From the NCBI GenBank assembly GCA_051382305.1, contig JBBCAV010000187.1, positions 1 through 34,779 of the forward strand: a DNA stretch of 34,779 bases, written 5' to 3'. The notes beneath the pieces are model-generated. The model saw nothing but the letters and a program-made list of their open reading frames with translations. It was not told the DNA's origin and ran no database searches. This stretch comes from Bdellovibrionota bacterium FG-2. Lineage in GTDB: Bacteria; Bdellovibrionota; UBA1018. The number at the start of each line of letters is the position of its first letter. The first letter of the stretch is position 1. Shown here piece after piece: positions 18,462-26,999 of the stretch. The position numbers were made by a program, and so were the translations under genes.

Positions 18462-19121
18462 TTAGGGCTCGATCAACAAAGCCGATCCATAGTGCGAGAT
18501 TTCACACCAAAAGACCTTTAGCGAGGAAGTCCCTTTGGTTTTTCCGCGCTCACGGCATCCCGCCTGATCAAGAGGACGTCGTGAGACTTTGTTCTCCGGA
18601 AACTCGGAAACTTCGAGAAGACTGACTTTTCCATTGCGCACGATCTGCGCACTCGCACCCCGCTCCGGGCGCCTGGTTTTTTTAGACTCACAAGTTTGTC
18701 CAATTAGATTCCGCACAACATCAGCCTGAGTCGATGAAGACTCGAGTTTTGCATGGCCCAGGTAATAATGGGTTGCGCCCCCCAACTCCTTTTTGACAGC
18801 CGGAGGAATCAATGGCGAGACCTTTTTCTTAGCAGAGCTCAATCGCTCACTCATTTGTTTTAAATACAAGAAATTCGAACGCTCAAGCTCGCCATAGGAC
18901 ATCTTAAACTGTCCAAGCGTGGTCACGAGTTCAGGACCACACCAAAAATTAGTATTTCTCACCAAAGTGAGTTCTTTTTCCGCATAGATCAACGCGTTTT
19001 GAATGCGATTTGACTTATCTTGCCGCTCCAACCGAACGACGAGCGGAGTTTCCGCTACGAGATTTCCCGAAAAACAGGAGCCCAAGATCACCCCCGCCAA
19101 TCCTCGCACTAGCGAAGCCAC
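18462..19121 (-). CDS. Exported hypothetical protein
   Basis: GTG 19121 with AGGAGG 6 nt upstream, overlapping the upstream gene's end; hydrophobic N-terminus; several Cys. Confidence 0.65.
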   Translation of the reverse strand: MASLVRGLAGVILGSCFSGNLVAETPLVVRLERQDKSNRIQNALIYAEKELTLVRNTNFWCGPELVTTLGQFKMSYGELERSNFLYLKQMSERLSSAKKKVSPLIPPAVKKELGGATHYYLGHAKLESSSTQADVVRNLIGQTCESKKTRRPERGASAQIVRNGKVSLLEVSEFPENKVSRRPLDQAGCRERGKTKGTSSLKVFWCEISHYGSALLIEP

Positions 19122-21148
19122 TCGGCACCTCCTTTTCGACATTCCTCAGGCAAATTCGCCGTGCAACGATCCTGACCATAAGAACCCCGTGAGGTTTTGT
19201 AGGCATCCTTGGCGCAGCGATAATAGGTTTCATTATCTGCGGGGCAATCCGGATGAACCAGAGCTCTAAACTGCGCCGGATAAAACAGCGATTTTCGCCC
19301 GGGCAGGGAGCGAACCTCTAGTGTGCGAATTAAGCCGGCCCCGGAATTCGCATATCTTTCAAAGTCCGCGCGCTGATCGGAGGAATTCGACCAAGCTTTC
19401 ATACTCAAGGCGCGAACCCCTTGATAAGTTCCCGCCGGACAAGACTTGCCCGCAGGCCCGATGCTCGAGAGTTTCAGTTGGCATTTCCTCGTTTCTTCTT
19501 TCAACTCCGCCTCTATTTTCGCCTTTTCTTTTTCATCGACTTCGGGTTTTGCGCTGGGACTGGGGATCGGCATTCCCATGCCCGCCCCAAAGCCTCCTCC
19601 AGGAGGAAAACCACCACTCACCGAGGGAATACACTCGCAATAAGTAGCTTCACGTCGGGGCTCCAGCGCTTCCAGCGCGGACCATTGATTGGACATAAGA
19701 GAATCAGGAGGGCCAATGGCGCGGCAATCAAACTCAGGGAGCGTAGCGTTATTCGCCTCCTTCTTGATATTCCCGTCGGCATCTACTGTAACACCGCTTG
19801 CGGTTTCCTGATACTCATCCACAAGTCCAAGCGTATGCATGATCTCATGAAGCTGCACAGGGCAATCGATATTTGCAGACCACTGGGCGCTGTTCTCCCG
19901 AGCCAGCCCATGTTCAATTGAAATCTCCGCCGTCGATCCCTGCGCACCGGGGGACTCAAACTGAAAGCCCAGCCCCTCGCCATTAGGGCCCTTAAAATAG
20001 TCTTTGTACTTATTGAAACAGTCTTGGGTCTTTTGAAGATAATAGTTCTGAATGGTGTCGTCGGCCGCCGCTGGAGTGACATTAAATTTGGGTCGAATCA
20101 AAATCCGAAACTGCGGATGCCCCTGGCTGTCAGGAAGGCGGTCAAGATCATATTTCCCACGCAGTCCCGACAAACGGGCATAAGATGCTCCTTTGCCTCC
20201 GACCTCGGTTTTTTCTCCGGCCTTGAGTTTCACGCAATGAGCGGACTCATTCAAGGCAAGTCCCAGGGCGGCAATCGATCCCAATGTTTCACGAGTCTTT
20301 TCGGCATCTCCCCCACATTTTGCGATGGTGCCGCCACTGTCTTTGACCGCAAGAAACTTCTTGAGCTCAGGAATCCGTTTTAAAGCCTCAAGAGAATTTT
20401 GAACAAACTCGCGATGTTCCTGACAGCCAGTTTGAATATGGACGTCCAATGATTTTTTGCACACCTCTTCGTCAGGCCACAGTTTCAAAAGCCCTTCAAC
20501 ATAAAGTCGCGCGACATTCTGAATGCATTTATCAAGAATTTTTGGCTTATCCGAATGGAACCACCTGATGGCTTTCGGCAGCGCGTCCTTCACATACTGC
20601 GCACTCAGCAAATAGGGATCCAAATTACCGCTATAGGAGGAACAACTGCTAAGCTTCCAATCTTCGTTCTCATAAAATTTCTTTAGTGCGTCGGGACTGG
20701 GAAAATGTTCAGATAGTTTTTCTACCGGCAAAAGCGGCAAGGCCCCTCGTTTATGCGCTCTTGCGCCATAGGCCGCGACTTCGGATTGCACTCGAGCGAG
20801 AGTTTCGTCAGGCGTGGGAATACTTGAATATTTCAGATCGACTACAAATCGATCCAGACAATCCCAATAATCCTTTGAAAGATGAGACGCATCTTCCAAT
20901 TGGGTTAAGAGAGCTCTAAATTCAGAGAAATCAGAAGCCTTATCGCCCAAACCGATGACGACATTATCTTTTGCGATGTCGCCTTTATCATACGAGGGAA
21001 CTAAGGGGCATTTCCACTTCACTCGTATTTCGCGTGTTGCGGGCACATGGGATGCGTCCGGCTGCGGAGAATCACCCGCAACAGCCGGCAAAGCGCAGAT
21101 CAAGCAAAAGGCCAAAAGCGCAAATGGGGAGATCATTCGGTAAAGCAT
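19109..21148 (-). CDS. Secreted Cys-rich putative zinc metalloprotease
   Basis: Signal peptide, HEIMHTLGLVDEY (HEXXH..G..DEY) and a downstream Met-turn-like SLMS. Confidence 0.7.
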   Translation of the reverse strand: MLYRMISPFALLAFCLICALPAVAGDSPQPDASHVPATREIRVKWKCPLVPSYDKGDIAKDNVVIGLGDKASDFSEFRALLTQLEDASHLSKDYWDCLDRFVVDLKYSSIPTPDETLARVQSEVAAYGARAHKRGALPLLPVEKLSEHFPSPDALKKFYENEDWKLSSCSSYSGNLDPYLLSAQYVKDALPKAIRWFHSDKPKILDKCIQNVARLYVEGLLKLWPDEEVCKKSLDVHIQTGCQEHREFVQNSLEALKRIPELKKFLAVKDSGGTIAKCGGDAEKTRETLGSIAALGLALNESAHCVKLKAGEKTEVGGKGASYARLSGLRGKYDLDRLPDSQGHPQFRILIRPKFNVTPAAADDTIQNYYLQKTQDCFNKYKDYFKGPNGEGLGFQFESPGAQGSTAEISIEHGLARENSAQWSANIDCPVQLHEIMHTLGLVDEYQETASGVTVDADGNIKKEANNATLPEFDCRAIGPPDSLMSNQWSALEALEPRREATYCECIPSVSGGFPPGGGFGAGMGMPIPSPSAKPEVDEKEKAKIEAELKEETRKCQLKLSSIGPAGKSCPAGTYQGVRALSMKAWSNSSDQRADFERYANSGAGLIRTLEVRSLPGRKSLFYPAQFRALVHPDCPADNETYYRCAKDAYKTSRGSYGQDRCTANLPEECRKGGAEWLR

Positions 21149-21227
21149 TCCAACTTAACTATCGGAATTTTGGAGGTGGTATATTAGGGATTTCCGTAAA
21201 ACCCGTCTATATCGTTGCGCTTATTGC

Positions 21228-21254
21228 GCCGCAGGCAACTGTTTTAGTCAGATG
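21228..21254 (+). repeat. 27-bp direct repeat, copy 2
   Basis: GCCGCAGGCAAC-TGT-TTTAGTCAGATG. Confidence 0.9.
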
Positions 21255-21289
21255 GGCCCCAACTTACCCAAGAAATTCACCCCATAATC

Positions 21290-21337
21290 TTGACGCTTAG
21301 CTTAAGCAGCCCTATCATAAGGAACTTTTAGAAGGAG
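21290..21337 (+). promoter_or_regulatory. Sigma70 promoter and RBS of the M3 peptidase gene
   Basis: TTGACG (21290-21295), 17 nt, TATCAT (21313-21318); AAGGAG at 21332-21337. Confidence 0.7.
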
Positions 21338-21343
21338 CCTCAC

Positions 21344-23449
21344 ATGCATCGCAATCCATTCGCCGTTCTCACTTTCACGCTAACCGCCACAGCCCTCGCT
21401 CTCACCGCTTGCGCCACACTCAATCACAGCAAAGGCCGCGTTCCCACTAGCGCCTCCCAGCTACCTACGAACCCTGACCACCTCCTTCGCTATGACTACG
21501 CTCCAGGCGAAGTCACTCAACTCTGTGATGCCGCCATGGGGATCGCTGCTGCAAAACTTGATGCCATCGCAAAGTTCGCGCCCGAGGCGAGAAGTATCGA
21601 CAACACCTTGCTTGCGTTTGATACCGCGACCTCCGAACTCAATGACTTGGTTCAGCCCCTCACCTTTATGGGCTACGTCTCAACCGACCAGAAGATTCAC
21701 GACGAAGGACAAGCTTGCGAAGAGAAGCTTGGACCTTTTTTCGTCTCTCTGATGTCACGCAAAGACCTCTACGATGCGATCGCCGATTCAAAAAATGCCA
21801 AGCCCCGCAACAAGAACGAGCAACGCCTACTCTCTGAAACCCTGCGCGAATTTGAAAAAGCGGGGCTAAAACTAACGGAATCCAAACTTGCTGAAGTCAA
21901 AGAGCTCAAGCAACAGCTCTCTGTACTGGAAAGCCAGTTTTCGTCGAACATGAATAATGACACCTCAGTTGTTGAGTTTGATGCGGCTGAACTCGAAGGC
22001 GTTTCTCCCGACTTCATTGCCCGCTTGAAGAAGACGCCCGAAGGCAAGTTCATCGTCACCACCAAAACCCCCGACTACTCCCACATGAGTGAGAATGCTA
22101 AAATCGGTGAGACCCGCCATAAGATCGCACTGGCTTACGTCAATCGCCAAGCTGACAAGAACGTGAGACTTTTAGAGGACGCGATCATCTTGCGCGAGAA
22201 AATCGCCGCTATTATGGGTTTTAAGACCTGGGCCGATTATCGCACCTGGGGTCGCATGGCTAAAGACGGCACCACCGTTCTTAATTTCTTAAACGGACTT
22301 AAAGACAAGCTCGCCAAGCGAAGCAAAGAAGATTTGGCAAAACTTCTGAAATTCAAGCAAGAGCTCGACCCAACAGCCACTGAAGTCAAAGCATGGGACA
22401 TCAACTATCTCGCTTATCAGCTGAAAAAACGAGATTACACCTTGGATAGCGAAGTCATCAAAGAATACTTCCCCACCGCGAAAGTCGTGCAAGGCGTTTT
22501 TGACATTTACTCCAAACTTTTCGGGGTAAAGTTTCAGCCGGCTAAAGATCAAAAGACTTGGGCCGAAGGCGTCAGTCTTTATGAAATCCGCGACGCCAAA
22601 GCAGGCAACTTAATCGCCTACTTCTACGCGGACTTTTTTCCTCGCCCATTAAAATACGGCCATTTCGCGGCCTTCACTTTGATTCAAGGTCACGCCAATA
22701 AAGATGGCAGCTATCAAAAACCTATTTCAGCGCTCGTGGGAAACTTTGAGCCACCCTCGAATGGAAAGCCCAGCATGTTCAAGCATGACGAAGTCGATAC
22801 TTTCTTCCATGAGTTTGGACACATCATGCACCAAACCCTGACCAAGGCACCCTATGCAGGCCTGTCGGGCTCAAATACGACGCAAGACTTCGTTGAAGCT
22901 CCTTCGCAGATGTTGGAAAACTGGGCTTGGTCACCCAAAATTCTGAAGGAACTTTCAGGACACTATAAAGATCCTAGCAAAAAAATTCCGAAAAAAATCC
23001 TCGCCAAGATGATTGAAGCCAAAGAGTTCAATCAAGGCTACGACTATACTCGCCAGCTCATGTTGGGACTCTTAGACATGACTTATCACACGAGCACTGG
23101 CCCTGTGGACACGACCGCCATCTATACCAAACTCTACCGCGAACTCATTGGTGTAGAGTCGATTGAAAACGGGCATTTTCAGGCCGGTTTCACCCATCTT
23201 ATGGGCGGCTACGACGCGGGTTACTACGGATATCTTTGGTCCGAAGTTTATGCCGCTGATATGTTCTCGCGCTTTGAACCCCACGGCATTCTCAAACGCG
23301 ACCATCTCCTAGATCCAAAAGTTGGCCTTCAATATCGGCACGCTGTTTTGGAAAAAGGCAATATGGTCGAGGCGCTTGATATGCTCCGCGAGTTCTTAGG
23401 ACGCGAGCCAAACTCTGAGGCGTTTTTCAAGAAGCTGCATATCAAATAG
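21344..23449 (+). CDS. M3A family metallopeptidase (thimet-oligopeptidase-like), lipoprotein
   Basis: Lipobox LTAC, FFHEFGH, DFVEAPSQMLENW, HLMGGYDAGYYGYLWSEV.A.D, FLGREP. Confidence 0.95.
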   Translation: MHRNPFAVLTFTLTATALALTACATLNHSKGRVPTSASQLPTNPDHLLRYDYAPGEVTQLCDAAMGIAAAKLDAIAKFAPEARSIDNTLLAFDTATSELNDLVQPLTFMGYVSTDQKIHDEGQACEEKLGPFFVSLMSRKDLYDAIADSKNAKPRNKNEQRLLSETLREFEKAGLKLTESKLAEVKELKQQLSVLESQFSSNMNNDTSVVEFDAAELEGVSPDFIARLKKTPEGKFIVTTKTPDYSHMSENAKIGETRHKIALAYVNRQADKNVRLLEDAIILREKIAAIMGFKTWADYRTWGRMAKDGTTVLNFLNGLKDKLAKRSKEDLAKLLKFKQELDPTATEVKAWDINYLAYQLKKRDYTLDSEVIKEYFPTAKVVQGVFDIYSKLFGVKFQPAKDQKTWAEGVSLYEIRDAKAGNLIAYFYADFFPRPLKYGHFAAFTLIQGHANKDGSYQKPISALVGNFEPPSNGKPSMFKHDEVDTFFHEFGHIMHQTLTKAPYAGLSGSNTTQDFVEAPSQMLENWAWSPKILKELSGHYKDPSKKIPKKILAKMIEAKEFNQGYDYTRQLMLGLLDMTYHTSTGPVDTTAIYTKLYRELIGVESIENGHFQAGFTHLMGGYDAGYYGYLWSEVYAADMFSRFEPHGILKRDHLLDPKVGLQYRHAVLEKGNMVEALDMLREFLGREPNSEAFFKKLHIK

Positions 23450-23455
23450 GCCCGC

Positions 23456-23756
23456 TCAAATCACTGAATAAAGCGAACACAGCATACTTCTCTCATCCAC
23501 GATAATCGGCTCCACCAAATGCGCCGAAAGAAACAGAAGCTTTGCCGATCCATGGTTTCTCAAGAAACTTGAGGCCGAACGAGACTCCGAAAGTGTTGGC
23601 CGCGCAGATTCACAAACGATGACACCCAAGGTGCCCTGATCGCTTTTGATCACAATCGGAACTCTCGCGTGGTCCCGCGTGATGTAGCATTCAAACGAGT
23701 AGTTCTTTTCGATTCGATAACCCAATTGCAATCTGCCGTTTTCGCTCGTGAGGCAT
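23456..23756 (-). pseudogene. Remnant of an AAA+/DUF4143-like ATPase gene with an internal deletion
   Basis: Promoter-proximal ATG gives MPHERKRQI..; an out-of-frame 91-aa tail (Y.TRDHARVPIVI..GVIVCE..P..S..SFL) resembles a DUF4143 C-terminus; no ATPase core. Confidence 0.5.
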
Positions 23757-23762
23757 AATTGT

Positions 23763-23791
23763 ATATTATCGGCTGACCGTATTTATTGCAA
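23763..23791 (-). promoter_or_regulatory. Sigma70-type promoter, probably leaderless
   Basis: TTGCAA, 17 nt, TAATAT, then 6 nt to ATG 23756. Confidence 0.55.
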
Positions 23792-23823
23792 GTATAGATG
23801 TCTAAATGCGGGTTAACCCCTTT

Positions 23824-25056
23824 TTAGTAAATCAGCGCCTTCTGCCGATCGACCGCAAAATCCTCAAGCCCGGCCTGCCACGAGGCTTCGATTTCATCGG
23901 CGTGCTTGCCTTTTTTAAGCATATCTAAAACGGTGTCATTGCCCCACACCCGTCCAAAACGCTTGGGATCTCCCACTTTGAGTTTTGAACCATACAGTGA
24001 AAAGAACGCGTCCAAAATATGAATCGCGGTGTGAATCGGACGATAAACCTGATCATCGGTCACCATCACATGCACGCCTTCCAATCGCTTGTCCTCGTAG
24101 GCCGCGGCCATCGGGCTATAAAGGTATTCGCGAAAAAACACGCCGGGCAGTTTTCGTGCATTAAGATTCTCAGCCAGCGCTTTAGATGAAACAAATTCTG
24201 CGCCCACGATTTCAAAAGGCAGCGATGTTCCGATTCCCTCATTGATGTTGAGGGTCACGCCCCCCACAAGCGCCGTTGTGGCATACAAGCGGGCATTCAC
24301 CGGATGAGGAATTCCTGTGGAAGGTGGAATCCATCCCAACCCCGTTTGCTCCCAAACCATCGAACGCGCCCATCCCTTCATGGGAACCACGGTGAGCTTG
24401 CAACCGATATTGAGCTTGTCATTATAATAGCGCGCCACTTCACCCATGGTCATACCGTGAGTAATGGAGAGCGGGCCCCAGCTGATGAGGCTCTGATATT
24501 TTTCATCCCGCACGGGGCCTTCGAAAATAAATCCGCCCGCCGGATTCGGACGATCCGTCACAATGAGCGGAATCCCCGAGTCATGACAGGTGTGAAGCAT
24601 TTCACCCAAAGTCGAAACGTAGGTGTAGCTGCGAGACCCAATATCTTGAAGATCGAAAACAATCACATCCATCCGAGTTAAGGACTTCGGTGTTGGCTGC
24701 CTATGGGCGCCGAAAAGCCCCTCGTGCGGAAGCCCAGTCCGAGGCTCCGTACTGATCGGCGAGGTCTCGCCGTTGGAGAGTTCGCCCCGAATGCCGTGCT
24801 CGGGAGAATACAGCTGCGTCAGTTTGAACCGCTTATCCGCAAACAAGCGATCCAAGACGGGCTTCAAATTGCCATCAACACTCGCCGGATGAGTCATGAG
24901 CGCGACTCGTTTGCCTGCAATCAGATCGATTTGTTCATCAAGCAAAACATCTACGCCCAATGTAACGGGCGCGGCATTTGCCAGATTTCCAAGAAAAAGC
25001 AAACAAAACAGAAACGCACCTGTGGCGACACAGGTCTTCAATCTCTTGAGACTCAT
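23824..25056 (-). CDS. namZ: Exo-beta-N-acetylmuramidase NamZ/YbbC family (DUF1343)
   Basis: Signal peptide, LG.DVL, GKRVALMTH, LYSPEHG, DLQDIGSRSYTY, DRPNP, HGMTMGE, EGIGT.LPFE. Confidence 0.88.
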   Translation of the reverse strand: MSLKRLKTCVATGAFLFCLLFLGNLANAAPVTLGVDVLLDEQIDLIAGKRVALMTHPASVDGNLKPVLDRLFADKRFKLTQLYSPEHGIRGELSNGETSPISTEPRTGLPHEGLFGAHRQPTPKSLTRMDVIVFDLQDIGSRSYTYVSTLGEMLHTCHDSGIPLIVTDRPNPAGGFIFEGPVRDEKYQSLISWGPLSITHGMTMGEVARYYNDKLNIGCKLTVVPMKGWARSMVWEQTGLGWIPPSTGIPHPVNARLYATTALVGGVTLNINEGIGTSLPFEIVGAEFVSSKALAENLNARKLPGVFFREYLYSPMAAAYEDKRLEGVHVMVTDDQVYRPIHTAIHILDAFFSLYGSKLKVGDPKRFGRVWGNDTVLDMLKKGKHADEIEASWQAGLEDFAVDRQKALIY

Positions 25057-25141
25057 TGCAATCATTCCCCCCGAATATGCTATTCGAAGCTGCAATTCCC
25101 CTACAAAGGACGGTCTGAGTCAATAAATAAAGAAGACTCCG

Positions 25142-25165
25142 GCTGGCCCCCTTGCGGGGACCAGC
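25142..25165 (-). other. Stable RNA hairpin with GCAA tetraloop (possible terminator or attenuator)
   Basis: Minus strand GCTGGTCCCC-GCAA-GGGGGCCAGC (10 bp, one G-U pair) followed shortly by a U-rich tract. Confidence 0.5.
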
Positions 25166-25588
25166 GGAAATGGCAGGCTCGAAATGATGTGCCTAATCGA
25201 CAGAGAATTGTGATGACCCCTGCGCCCCCCAGCAATACGTACCGCAACACAGTTAGCACCAGAGATCCTACTTCCTTAGTTTGCACCGCTCATGCCAGCG
25301 GGCCGCTAGCACTCATTGATTCCTCACAAAGCCTCGAAAGCAGAGCTTTATCGATGAAAGCAACCCCGAAAAACGGCTTCCAAAGCTGTTACTCAGCAGT
25401 GGGTCATATTTACCTATTTCGCACCGAACCTTTTTGCCGAATCCAGCATGGCCGCAGATGCGCTAAGTCATCAATTCAATTAAGATCCTTCGCATCCCTT
25501 GGCATTCGAATCCGCACGAGCACGGGTTGCATTATGGAATTTTCTGCGAAAAGACGGGCAAAATGGGGCCATCTTGATACCGCAGTTC

Positions 25589-26878
25589 TCAATTCGCCTT
25601 CTTTAACAATACTGCACTAAACCCGTCTCCAAATGGAGCATTCTGCGGATCCAGCTTCCACTGCTTCACGATCTCAGCCTTCGGGAGCGCCTTGGAAACT
25701 GCGCCCCCCCCCTCCTGCTCCAGGACCGAGCAAACCGAGTACATAAGAAAACCACCGGGACGAAGAAATCCCCAAGCTTCTTTCAATAATGATTGTTGAA
25801 CATCAGAGAGCCCCTTAAGGTCAGACTCCTTCTTAAGCCAGCGAATATCAGGATGGCGACGAACGATCCCACTCCCACTACAAGGCGCATCGACCCAAAC
25901 CACGTCAAAACCGCTTCCCTGCTTACTCACATGGGCCACAACTTCCGCGCGCGAAAACACTTCAATCCTCGCTCCACTATCCTTTTGCGCCGAGCGCTCT
26001 ACCGTTTGTTTCAGTAAAGCCATTCGCTCAACGGCATCCGCACGATCGGTTGCAAAGACACTGAACCCATTCCAGGCCATCCCGACAGACTTTCCACCGG
26101 GTGCCGCACATAAATCCAAAATGCGCGCCCCATGAAGGCCCCGCTGTTGTAAACATAGAGTAAGCTCCGCAATCAGGCGTTGAGATGAAATATCTTGAAC
26201 AAGCCATCGCCCTTCATCAAAACCGGGAAGCGAGGTAGGGTTCTCGCCCACATTCAATAAAAAAGAGCCCTCGAGATCGCCCGGGTCCGCGCCCTCAAAT
26301 ACCTCATGAGGATTTCTCGCCCGCACCCAAACCTTGGGGCGTTCAAGCGAGGCCACGGCAAAAGCGCACGCCCATGCCCATCCACGCTCTTTAACGATCC
26401 GATCCCAAAACCATTGCGGGAGACTCGCCCACTGATAGGCCTTAGGATCTCCCTCTGGAGGCGCGGACAGCGTCCGCCACTCTGCTGCATGTGCGGAAAG
26501 TTTCCGAAGAACAGCATTGGTAAAATTTGCGGGAAAAGTTCCCTCTTTTTTCCTCACCCACGAAACAGTTTCAGAGACCGCAGCGCCCGGTGAAGTCCGC
26601 TCCTGGGCGATCAATTGATAAGCCGCGATGATGAGCGCTTTCCGCACAAAACCAGTGGGCCGCTTCTTCAAGGCAATCGAATCAATGGCCAAATCAAGGC
26701 GCCCCCGCCACCGCAACACCCCCGCACACACATCCAGCAGCCACGCGCGATCCGTTCGCGAAAAATCCTGTTGGCTAAAAAAAAGCTCCAGGGCTTGATC
26801 AAGGGTGACGCCATCTTGGAGGACACGCTGAAGAACGACGTGAGCTGTTTCACGCGGGTATACTTTGGGTGTTGCCAA
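25589..26878 (-). CDS. rsmB: 16S rRNA m5C967 methyltransferase RsmB/Sun-like
   Basis: NusB-like N-terminus (NAVLRK), VQDISSQ, ILDLCAAPGGKS, DAPCSGSG..RRHPD, YSVCS, DGF; TTG start with AAGGAG. Confidence 0.88.
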   Translation of the reverse strand: MATPKVYPRETAHVVLQRVLQDGVTLDQALELFFSQQDFSRTDRAWLLDVCAGVLRWRGRLDLAIDSIALKKRPTGFVRKALIIAAYQLIAQERTSPGAAVSETVSWVRKKEGTFPANFTNAVLRKLSAHAAEWRTLSAPPEGDPKAYQWASLPQWFWDRIVKERGWAWACAFAVASLERPKVWVRARNPHEVFEGADPGDLEGSFLLNVGENPTSLPGFDEGRWLVQDISSQRLIAELTLCLQQRGLHGARILDLCAAPGGKSVGMAWNGFSVFATDRADAVERMALLKQTVERSAQKDSGARIEVFSRAEVVAHVSKQGSGFDVVWVDAPCSGSGIVRRHPDIRWLKKESDLKGLSDVQQSLLKEAWGFLRPGGFLMYSVCSVLEQEGGGAVSKALPKAEIVKQWKLDPQNAPFGDGFSAVLLKKAN

Positions 26879-26999
26879 TCAAATCTCCTTCGTTCAAATA
26901 ACGGCAGGGTTCTAGAATACCTCGCAATGACGCAATGATGCAACGATCCAAGTGGGGCCACTCTCTTTTTATTTTTTCTCCCTCTGGGATCAGGCTAGA

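Noticed and set aside
18409-21254. Direct repeats as a CRISPR array or IS ends
   Set aside because: Only two copies 2.8 kb apart, with no cas or transposase gene
22601-22610. GCAGGCAACT, a partial match to the 27-bp repeat
   Set aside because: Only 10 nt, inside a coding region, with the second arm absent
23748-23776. dif-like string GCATAA-TTGTATA-TTAT
   Set aside because: The spacer is 7 nt, the XerD arm (TTATGTTAAAT) is not matched, and the sequence is explained by the promoter and ATG on the minus strand
25290-25292. In-frame TGA as possible selenocysteine
   Set aside because: No redox motif context and no recognisable SECIS hairpin directly downstream
25500-25520. TTCGAATCC resembling a tRNA T-loop
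   Set aside because: No pairing T-stem, acceptor stem or cloverleaf
24703-25620. 305-aa plus-strand ORF
   Set aside because: Antisense to namZ over its first part, no motifs and atypical composition; likely spurious
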